Of a stretch of DNA of 64,000 nucleotides, positions 56,571-64,000 are shown one piece after another. Source of the DNA: Candidatus Micrarchaeota archaeon (GTDB lineage: Archaea; Micrarchaeota; Micrarchaeia; Norongarragalinales; Norongarragalinaceae); NCBI GenBank assembly GCA_016207165.1, contig JACQQD010000001.1, positions 116,643-180,642 on the forward strand, in the 5' to 3' direction. Position 1 is the first letter of the stretch. Every line of letters begins with the position of its first letter. The notes under the pieces were generated by a model. It made no database searches. It saw only the letters and a program-made list of their open reading frames with translations, and was not told the origin of the DNA. A program made the position numbers and the translations under genes.

Positions 56571-58169
56571 TCAGGCTTGCGGTGGTGATGCGCGGGGCTT
56601 GGTTTGGCTTTCGCGGTACAAGAAGTAAAGCAGGATCAACGCCAGTAAAATGGCGGTGGCAAACGCCAGTACGGGCGTGGAGAACGTCAAGAATCCTGTA
56701 GTCGGTGCGTCTTGTGGGTTGGACAAGTCTACGGGCGTCTCGTACGTGCCGCGTTCGGTTTGCGCCTGCAAAAGCAATGCCGTGGCGTTCTGTGGAACGA
56801 AGAGGGTGAAGGTGGTCGTCTGGTTGGCGCCGACAAGCACTTCTTGGGGGCCTTGGGTGGCGGGGTTGGAGGCCAACGCCAGGTTGGTTTGGTTGCCGGC
56901 ATTTTTCACCACGAAGTCGACGCGCACGCCGTTTTGGGCTTTGAGCACCGTGGCGTTAAACGTGAGGGTGGGTCGAGTCACTTCCACGGACGTGGGAACG
57001 ATCTGCGTTCCGATGCGGAGGCTGCCGTTGGCCTGGCCCAAAATCCGGCCGCGAAGCACCAGCGTCTTGAACGCATGCGTTTCGCCGGCCTCAAGTCGGG
57101 GCACGGGCTCCAACTGATCGGTGATGGTGGATTCGAAGGTGACGTTTCCGGTGACGGGCGTTCCGGTGTTGTCGATTTCAAAAAGGACGGGCCGCGTCAC
57201 GCCTTGCTCCAACGGAATGGATTGGGGTTTAATCGTTACGTGGGGGCGGCTGGGTTGGACGGTGATGCGGAACGTGTGGCTGTACGAATTGCCTTCGTCG
57301 CTGGGTTTGCCAAACACCGTGCACGAGTACGTGCCGTGGGGCGGGTTGCGCAATTCGATGGGCACCGACGCCGTCGCGGAGCCGTTCAGGTTTGTCGTCA
57401 CGGGGGGCGCGTAAACGAAGGCCGGACAGAAGATTTGCACGTCGATGGTGCGGGCTTTGCCGAGGTTTTGGAACTGGATTTGCACGGTTTGGTTTTGGCC
57501 TTCAAAGGCCGTGACGTTGATGGGTGCGAGGTACCGAATGCCTTGACAGGCCGACACGTCGACGATGGCGGTTTGGCTTTCCAGGAAGTTTTCCGAGCGG
57601 GCAAATACTTTGAAGGGCAGGCGTTGGGGCGGCGTGTTGGTGTTGACGCTTAGAATCACGGTTTTCTTCTGCCGGTTTTCCAAGTGGACGTTTTGCGCCA
57701 GGCTGTACGTGCCCACGTTGAGGTCCGTGCCCAAGTCTACGTCCCGGGGCGTGGTGCCCAGGTTCTCGATTTCCACGGCAAAGTCGGCGTGCTGGTTCTG
57801 GCAAACCGCTTGCGCGGACGTCACCCGCAAGGCGATGCCTTCGCAGGCTTTGACCGTCAGGTACCCCGTCTTGCCGGTGGGCGGCAATTCGATGGCGTAC
57901 TTTCCCAAATCCAAGTCGCAGGCCGCGTAGGCGTTAAACAAGTAGGACTTGGTCTGGAGTCCCTCTACGCGCACGTCGAGTTTGGCGGGGGTGACGGGCA
58001 GAACGCTCCGGGTCTGGATGACGGTAGTGAATTGGTTTTCCTGGAGGTTTTCCACGTCCAGTTCAAAGGCGGCGAATTGGCAGGCGCACGTGCTTTCGTT
58101 GTCAATGGAGAATCGGGCGGCAGCTGTCAATGCCGCGATGAAAAGCAGGAACAAGAACAGGCGGCGCAC
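56571..58169 (-). CDS. Secreted multi-Ig-like surface protein with C-terminal TM
   Basis: Signal peptide, repeated .N.G beta modules, TGF.TF + TM. Confidence 0.75.
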   Translation of the reverse strand: MRRLFLFLLFIAALTAAARFSIDNESTCACQFAAFELDVENLQENQFTTVIQTRSVLPVTPAKLDVRVEGLQTKSYLFNAYAACDLDLGKYAIELPPTGKTGYLTVKACEGIALRVTSAQAVCQNQHADFAVEIENLGTTPRDVDLGTDLNVGTYSLAQNVHLENRQKKTVILSVNTNTPPQRLPFKVFARSENFLESQTAIVDVSACQGIRYLAPINVTAFEGQNQTVQIQFQNLGKARTIDVQIFCPAFVYAPPVTTNLNGSATASVPIELRNPPHGTYSCTVFGKPSDEGNSYSHTFRITVQPSRPHVTIKPQSIPLEQGVTRPVLFEIDNTGTPVTGNVTFESTITDQLEPVPRLEAGETHAFKTLVLRGRILGQANGSLRIGTQIVPTSVEVTRPTLTFNATVLKAQNGVRVDFVVKNAGNQTNLALASNPATQGPQEVLVGANQTTTFTLFVPQNATALLLQAQTERGTYETPVDLSNPQDAPTTGFLTFSTPVLAFATAILLALILLYFLYRESQTKPRASPPQA

Positions 58170-58174
58170 GGGGT

Positions 58175-61100
58175 TCAGCCTCCGCGCGAGCCGAAGCGGT
58201 TTCCGGCGGCCAGCAAGAACAGGGCCGCGGCCAACAGCAAGAGCAGGAGGACTAGCAACAGCAGGCTGACGGTGAAGTCGCCGAAGGAAATCTCGCCGAA
58301 CGTGACCAATCCGCCCAGGATGGACCCGCCTTGGTCGGAGAGTTCCAGGGGAACGTCCTTGACGCGTCCATCCGAGGCCCGGATGCGCAGCGTCGCCGGA
58401 TACTTTTTGCCGGGTTCCAGGGCCGTGGGCGTGATTTGGCCTTGGATTTGGCCTTGGCCTTGGGGGGCGAGGCTGATGACTTGAGGTTGGAATGCGTAGG
58501 CCCAGTTCTCGTCCATGACGATGCTGGGCGTCAGCGATAGCGCCACCGGCTCCAGGTTGGTGATGGTGGCGTCAATGACGAATCGCGAGGCGTTGGATTC
58601 GACTTTTAGGTTGATTTGGGTTGCTTGCACGTCGATGTTGAGTTGCTGGGCGGCGGACGCCAGCACCGTGACGGGCACTTTTTGTTTCGCCGCCAGCGTG
58701 CTTGGGCTTTCCGCGATGATGTCCAACACGTACGTGCCCGTGGGGGTGGCTGGCGTGGCTTCCAGTTGCAAGGTGACGGTGCGTTCCTGTCCTGGCGCCA
58801 AGCTGAAGCGGTTGGCTGGTTTGGCGATCATGCCTTGCGGCACCGAGTCGGCGTAGACGAGGATGTTCTCGACGGTGAAGTAGTTGTCGTTGCGCACGCG
58901 CACCGGCAGGTTCAGCGACGTTCCGGGGAACACTTGTTGGGGTGGCACGGGGGACAGGGTCAACTCGGCGCTAGTCAGGGTGATGGTGTTGGAGGTGTCC
59001 AACACGTTGACCAGCAGGTTGTCGCTGTCGACGAACACGGGTACCGAGAGGCTGGAGCTGGTGGTGCCGGTGACGGGCAGGTTGAAGTAGCGCACGTGGA
59101 CGGTGGCGGATTCGCCCGTCAGAACCGTGTTGGGCGAACTGGAGAGTTTGCAGGCCACGTCCGAGGGGTTGCTGACCGCGACGCGCGCCGGACGGCAGGT
59201 GGTGCCGCCTTGCGAGGCGGTGACGGCGTAGTCGCCAATGCTTGGATAATCGCAGGTGGCGCTGCAGGATCCCGTGGCGCCGTTGCAGTTCTGGGCGGTC
59301 ACGGTTCGACCGTTGCCGCAATCCATTTGGAGGGTGCCGTTCAGCGTTGTGGCCAAGGTGTTGTAGCTGGCTGTGACGGTGACGGCGGATCCTTGGTTGA
59401 CGTTGTTCGGCGAGGCGTGCAGCACGCAGGTGTTGGTTCTGCTTGGAATGACTTCCACCGTCGCGGACGTCGTGGTGCACGTGCGCCCCGCAACGGTGGC
59501 GGAGGGAGTAAAGAATCCGGTGGCAGTGCCGTACGTGCACGTGGCCGTGCACGAGCCGGTGCCCGCCGGACAGGTGATGGTTTTCTTGCCGCCGTCGCCG
59601 CAGTTGACTTCCACGCTGTACGTCTCGTCGGCCGTGGTCAAGGTGGTTTTGGCAGAGACTTTGATGGGCACGCTGTACGTTTTTTGGGTGAGGGTTTCCG
59701 CGGCCGTGACTTGCACGCTGACGACTTGCTCTTCGGCTGGAGACAGTACAAATCGGTCGGGTTCCAGACGCACGGTCAGAGGCGTGTTGTCGGCGGCGAG
59801 GATGTATTCCGCCTTCAAGGAACCCAGGTTGCGCACGCTCAAGAACGCCGAGCGCGTCTGGCCTTTCGGCACGTCCAACGGGTTTGGCGACAGTACGGCT
59901 TGGGCTACGGAGGTGCCGCGGACTTCGAAGCAGAGCTGGTCCTGGAACACGGTTTGGCCTTGTTCTTTGAGGAAGACGTCGAAGAAGTGGCGGCCGGCGC
60001 GGGCGCCGCGCGGTTCCAGCGTCAAAGTCACCGGGCGGGTCTCGCCTTGCTGGAATTGTTGGAGGACGTATTGGTCCTGCGCGGTCACGTCGTTGTCCTG
60101 GACTTCCAAAACGAAGTCGCCGTCCTGGCCACTGTTTTGCACGTTCAAGTTGTAGTGCGTCACGCGGTCGGCGTCAATGATGGGACAACCGGCGAAGTCC
60201 GTGGAGTAGAACGTCTGGCCGCGCGTGTCGATGACGACCGTGTCATTGGCTTGCCCGAACGCCGAATCCGCGCGGACTTCCAGCGTCGTGGCGCCGGACG
60301 TGCCGGTGGACGGCGTCGAACAAAGCTCGATGTTTTTGACTTGAAGCGCCGTCAACATGAACGTCTGCGGCGAGAGCGTGAATCGGAATGAAGGCGTGCT
60401 TGGGTTTCCACTGAGTACCACGCGGACGTTCTCAAGGGCGCGGTTCTTGACTAAGACGGTGCTGCACACGCTTTTTCCGGGCACGGTGCTCACGCGTTCT
60501 TCGGCGGCTTGCACCGTAATTTCCTGGGCGATGCATAGGGGTAGGGTGAAGGACTGCGTGCAGGCGTCCGGTCCCCGGACGTTGACGATGCCCAGGGTCT
60601 GTCCGGACACCGCGGGGCTGGCCATTTTGGCTTTGAGGTTCACGACGGTGCTTTCCTGGGGTCCCAGGGGCACGACGCTTGGGCCCTGGATTTCGTTGGT
60701 GGAGTACGAAAGCGTCACGTTCTTGGTTTGGTTTACCGTGTTGCGGATGCGGAGTTGGTATTGGTCGCTGTTGTATTGGCAGGTCGGCGCCGAAACCATT
60801 TCGACGGCGAAATCGCAGGTGCGAGGCTCCAAGCAAATGGATTGCGTCGTGGTTTCCGCTTGGAGGATCGTAAATGTAGCGCGGGTGAGGTTGAAGCCGT
60901 CCTTGAACACGTCGACGGTGTACGTGCCTGGAGTCAGCGAAGCGGTGACTTGGCCGAATTCGTTGGTAAAGAAGTTCGTCTGGCTAAACGGCGTTCCGGA
61001 CGTCAGGGAGCGCACTTCCAGTTGGGCCGTGGTTCCGCCGAACACGTTTTCCAATTCGGCTGTAGCCTGGGAAATGGCGACGGTGCTTTGGTTGTTCACC

Positions 61101-62851
61101 GTGTTTTGTTGGATGAGCTGGCCTTGGGCGTTCAGGAAGCTGATGGTGGCGGAGGCGGCCTGCACGGAATCGACGCGGACGATGAATCCGTTGTTCAATC
61201 GCACGGTTTGCCCGGCGGTCATGACGTTTACGCCGTCGCCGGTGAAGTTGGTCGGCACCATGAATTGGGGTTGGCTTACGCGGAGTTCCGCGTTGGAAAT
61301 GAGGCGGCCGTCCGTGCACGCGCTGATTCGCCCCACAAACGTGCCGGTGTCCGGCAGGGGTTCAACGACTTGAACGGAGGCCGAGGAACACGTTTGCCCA
61401 TCCACGCTTGCCGTCGCGGTGTGCGTGCGGGGGTAGGGTTTTTCGGCGGCGTAATTGCAGGTGGCCGTGCAGGTGCCTTGCGTTGGCGTGCCGGTGCACG
61501 TGGCGGCGGCGGTTTGTCCATTGCCACAGGAGACCACCAGGTTGGACGGCACTTGGCGGGCGTCGTTGTAGTTTACTGTAATGGTGCTGGAGGTTCCGCC
61601 GCGAAGGGTGGAAGGAGATGCCGTGACGCGGCACAAGGTGCTGTATTGGCGTTCCAGTTGGAGCGTGAGTTCCGTGGTTTCCTCGGACAAAACTTCGGCG
61701 TTGGCCTGGGCACTGCCGTGGTTGGGTTTGGAGGCTTTCGCCAGGTACGTGCCGGCTTTCAAGGTAAACGACGTTTGGCCGGAGGCGTTCGTCATTTGCG
61801 TCTTGCCGTTGGCCGTGACTGTGGCGCTGGAAATGGGGTCGGAAGTCTGGTTGATGACGGTGACCAACAATCGTCCCGGTTCGTTGGATTTCTGGAGGGT
61901 GACGCCGCCGCTGGCGCATGTCACGCCATCCAAGTTGGATTGGACGACGTAGTGGGCCGGCAGGCGCGCGGGTTGGCTGTACGTGCACGAGGCTGTGCAC
62001 GACCCGGAGTTTGTTCCGGAACAGGACGTGGAGACGACTTGGCCGTCCCCGCAGACCACGTTGCCGCTGGGCGTGCCCTGGAAGTTTTTGTAGGTGACGG
62101 TCACCGTGCTGGTGCCGTTTCTAATCAAGGAAGACGGGTTGTTGGAGACGGAGCACGTGGGAGAGGGCGGCCGAGGAGTTGGAGCCGGAGGTTGAACGGT
62201 TACGACCGGCGGCGTGGTCGTTGGATAAGGTGGATACGTATTGAAGAGCCCGCAGTCAAAGCCACAGGTGTACTGGTTTTCGTACGGGTACTCGCAGATG
62301 AAGTTGCCGCAGAAGGAAATCGGGAGCGGCGGCCAGGGAACGTAAAGTCCGCAGTCCATGGGGCAGTTGAACAAGTCTTCGCCGTACTCGCAAATTGAGT
62401 TGCCGCACCAGGGGTATTGGTAGTTGTAGGTTTGAACCGGCGTGTATCCGGTCGTGCTGGGAGGGGTGTACGTTGAAGCCGGTTGGGTTGGGGCCGTGTA
62501 GCCACAGCGCGGGTCGTTTCGATAAATGGTGGCTTGGCAGAAGTCGCCGTTGTGCGTGCACGTGTTCGGCCCGGTTTTGACGATGTTCAGGTACGCGTAC
62601 GAGCCGCTAAAATCATAGTAATCGTATCCGATGCAACCGTTTTGGTACTTGCTGGGATAGCCGTTGCAGTTGTACGTCAACGGGCCTTCCCGGCAACCGT
62701 ACAAGTAGCCGGGATCGGTGGCAAACACGCAGTCGCCGCCCGAGGCAATGCCGTTGGACGAGCAGATGCCGGCCTGCGCGCTGGGCGCCAAACTGAGAAT
62801 AACGACCAGACTGGACAGGGCCAAGAGGAGTTTAGACCAACCCTTCAACAT
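58175..62851 (-). CDS. 1558-aa Cys-rich surface protein (Ig/PKD-like repeats, C-terminal TM)
   Basis: Signal peptide, CGN.ICE..E....C..DC x2, CG.G...C.G..GSC.A.C.Y x4. Confidence 0.8.
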   Translation of the reverse strand: MLKGWSKLLLALSSLVVILSLAPSAQAGICSSNGIASGGDCVFATDPGYLYGCREGPLTYNCNGYPSKYQNGCIGYDYYDFSGSYAYLNIVKTGPNTCTHNGDFCQATIYRNDPRCGYTAPTQPASTYTPPSTTGYTPVQTYNYQYPWCGNSICEYGEDLFNCPMDCGLYVPWPPLPISFCGNFICEYPYENQYTCGFDCGLFNTYPPYPTTTPPVVTVQPPAPTPRPPSPTCSVSNNPSSLIRNGTSTVTVTYKNFQGTPSGNVVCGDGQVVSTSCSGTNSGSCTASCTYSQPARLPAHYVVQSNLDGVTCASGGVTLQKSNEPGRLLVTVINQTSDPISSATVTANGKTQMTNASGQTSFTLKAGTYLAKASKPNHGSAQANAEVLSEETTELTLQLERQYSTLCRVTASPSTLRGGTSSTITVNYNDARQVPSNLVVSCGNGQTAAATCTGTPTQGTCTATCNYAAEKPYPRTHTATASVDGQTCSSASVQVVEPLPDTGTFVGRISACTDGRLISNAELRVSQPQFMVPTNFTGDGVNVMTAGQTVRLNNGFIVRVDSVQAASATISFLNAQGQLIQQNTVNNQSTVAISQATAELENVFGGTTAQLEVRSLTSGTPFSQTNFFTNEFGQVTASLTPGTYTVDVFKDGFNLTRATFTILQAETTTQSICLEPRTCDFAVEMVSAPTCQYNSDQYQLRIRNTVNQTKNVTLSYSTNEIQGPSVVPLGPQESTVVNLKAKMASPAVSGQTLGIVNVRGPDACTQSFTLPLCIAQEITVQAAEERVSTVPGKSVCSTVLVKNRALENVRVVLSGNPSTPSFRFTLSPQTFMLTALQVKNIELCSTPSTGTSGATTLEVRADSAFGQANDTVVIDTRGQTFYSTDFAGCPIIDADRVTHYNLNVQNSGQDGDFVLEVQDNDVTAQDQYVLQQFQQGETRPVTLTLEPRGARAGRHFFDVFLKEQGQTVFQDQLCFEVRGTSVAQAVLSPNPLDVPKGQTRSAFLSVRNLGSLKAEYILAADNTPLTVRLEPDRFVLSPAEEQVVSVQVTAAETLTQKTYSVPIKVSAKTTLTTADETYSVEVNCGDGGKKTITCPAGTGSCTATCTYGTATGFFTPSATVAGRTCTTTSATVEVIPSRTNTCVLHASPNNVNQGSAVTVTASYNTLATTLNGTLQMDCGNGRTVTAQNCNGATGSCSATCDYPSIGDYAVTASQGGTTCRPARVAVSNPSDVACKLSSSPNTVLTGESATVHVRYFNLPVTGTTSSSLSVPVFVDSDNLLVNVLDTSNTITLTSAELTLSPVPPQQVFPGTSLNLPVRVRNDNYFTVENILVYADSVPQGMIAKPANRFSLAPGQERTVTLQLEATPATPTGTYVLDIIAESPSTLAAKQKVPVTVLASAAQQLNIDVQATQINLKVESNASRFVIDATITNLEPVALSLTPSIVMDENWAYAFQPQVISLAPQGQGQIQGQITPTALEPGKKYPATLRIRASDGRVKDVPLELSDQGGSILGGLVTFGEISFGDFTVSLLLLVLLLLLLAAALFLLAAGNRFGSRGG

Positions 62852-62949
62852 GGTGTTACTACCCTGCAGTCATTTCTTTTTAAAGCTTGCTGTTTTGTTG
62901 CCACTGAAGGATGGTACTTAATATGTTGTCGTGGGCGGCTGGTTTCAGT

Positions 62950-63120
62950 GCGGGTTTGGGGGGATTTGGAACGGTCGCCCGGGTGAACCCAGGTTCGCAC
63001 AATCCGCTTCGCGGCTGTGGAACCCGCAAGTCCGGAGGACTTGCTACGGTTCCACTGGCGCACAACGGTTGGAAGCGATGTTGCCCGTGACAACATCGTA
63101 AGGCTCAATCGCCTCGCCCC
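62950..63120 (+). ncRNA. Candidate structured ncRNA of unknown family (strand uncertain)
   Basis: Four hairpins, possible closing stem, TTAATAT upstream, T-rich tract downstream. Confidence 0.4.
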
Positions 63121-63154
63121 TTTCTTTTCCAATTTGATTCACGAGGCAAGTATA

Positions 63155-63200
63155 GGGGGTGGGTCGACCAGTGAGGGGGACGCAGTCCCCCTGGGTGGTC
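63155..63200 (-). repeat. GC hairpin element downstream of tRNA-Trp
   Basis: GACC..AGGGGGAC-TGC-GTCCCCCT..GGTC-GACCCACCCCC. Confidence 0.55.
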
Positions 63201-63202
63201 AG

Positions 63203-63420
63203 TGGGGTCGGGGGGATTCGAACCCCCATTCCCAGGTGTCTTCGAAGGCCGGTCATTGCGGCAAGCCGCGTCGGCGCTCCAATCGTTTAATTCATTGCTT
63301 GGAAAAAACTCCAAGCTCGGCACACCTGTTTTCTCCCAACAGGTTCCATTTTCCGTTTTTCCCGTTTGACCGGGTAAAACCACTGGAGCCTAGTGTTCTG
63401 CCAGGTTATACTACGACCCC
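63203..63420 (-). tRNA. tRNA-Trp(CCA) with 145-nt intron (63238-63382)
   Basis: GGGGTCG/CGACCCC acceptor stem, CTAGG-CTCCAG..ACCTGG, GGGGG-TTCGAAT-CCCCC. Confidence 0.92.
63238..63382 (-). ncRNA. Intron-encoded box C/D guide RNA
   Basis: TTGGAGCG-CCGA and CAGGTGTG-CCGA guides place the +5 position on C34 and C39 of the pre-tRNA. Confidence 0.7.
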
Positions 63421-63503
63421 ATTTGAGTAACGCGCGTTGACGAGGTCAACCGCAAAACCCAAAGGTAACCTTAATTGCCTCAAATCCTTTTAATAACGTG
63501 GAC

Positions 63504-64000
63504 ATGGCGCTTGTGGCAGGTATGGATGAAGCGGGGCGCGGCCCAGTCATCGGCCCCCTGGTCGTGTGCGCGTTTGCCGCCGAAGAAGAAAGGCAAAGCG
63601 ACTTGACTGCGTTGGGGGTCAAGGATTCCAAAATGCTTTCCGCACAAAAACGCGGCGCCCTTTTTGCCGTGTTGCCTTCACTTGGCGAGTTTGCGTTGGT
63701 GGAGCTTTCGCCCAAAACTCTCAACGAGCGCATGAAAAAGCGTGAGTCGCTCAACGACATTGAGGCCGACGCCATGGCCGAGGCGTTGACGTCGCTGGAA
63801 AAAAAAACAGGTTTTGAAAAGGCGTTCGTGGACTGCCCGGACCCCGTTCTTTCCACGTACCAAAAACGTCTGCGGAAGTTTTACAAAGGAACGGCGGACC
63901 TGGTGTGCGCGCACAAGGCCGATCAATTGTACCCCGTGGTTTCGGCGGCATCCATTTTAGCGAAAGTCACCCGCGACGAAAAGCTGCAAGAAATCAAGGA
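63504..64000 (+). CDS. rnhB: Ribonuclease HII (partial)
   Basis: GMDEAGRGPVIGP, GVKDSK.L, HKAD..YPVVSAASILAKV.RD. Confidence 0.95.
   Translation, partial: MALVAGMDEAGRGPVIGPLVVCAFAAEEERQSDLTALGVKDSKMLSAQKRGALFAVLPSLGEFALVELSPKTLNERMKKRESLNDIEADAMAEALTSLEKKTGFEKAFVDCPDPVLSTYQKRLRKFYKGTADLVCAHKADQLYPVVSAASILAKVTRDEKLQEIK

Noticed and set aside
58616-62398. Long + strand ORFs (591 and 556 aa)
   Set aside because: They are antisense shadows of the GC-rich surface protein gene
62950-63120. RNase P, SRP or 5S RNA
   Set aside because: GAGGAAAGUCC, SRP helix-8 and 5S signature sequences were not found on either strand
1-64000. CRISPR array or cas genes
   Set aside because: No regularly spaced repeats or cas motifs were seen

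Overview
This 64 kb window comes from an archaeal chromosome: it carries PCNA, RpoL, Csl4, PriL, RNase HII and intron-containing tRNA-Met and tRNA-Trp. Its gene content suggests a DPANN/Micrarchaeota-like host, which is an inference. The main discovery is an ~11.7 kb provirus in the 3' end of tRNA-Met(CAT), bounded by a perfect 15-bp repeat (36359-36373 and 48040-48054). It encodes a tyrosine integrase that overlaps attL, a divergent RHH/wHTH switch, HicBA, a serine resolvase, an A32/FtsK-type packaging ATPase, a probable double-jelly-roll capsid protein, membrane proteins, a spike and an S-layer-like protein. Together these point to a small tailless, membrane-containing icosahedral virus. Other notable items are: a Chlamydia-type class Ic ribonucleotide reductase with NrdR and tandem NrdR boxes; a cyanobacterial-type 2-oxoglutarate decarboxylase/SSADH/SdhA/fumarase-family cluster interrupted by an AT-rich ATPase-TIR gene; uvrBAC; a small dispersed hairpin-repeat family; an unidentified structured RNA candidate next to tRNA-Trp; and large surface proteins. 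All calls come from reading motifs by eye; no database searches were run.
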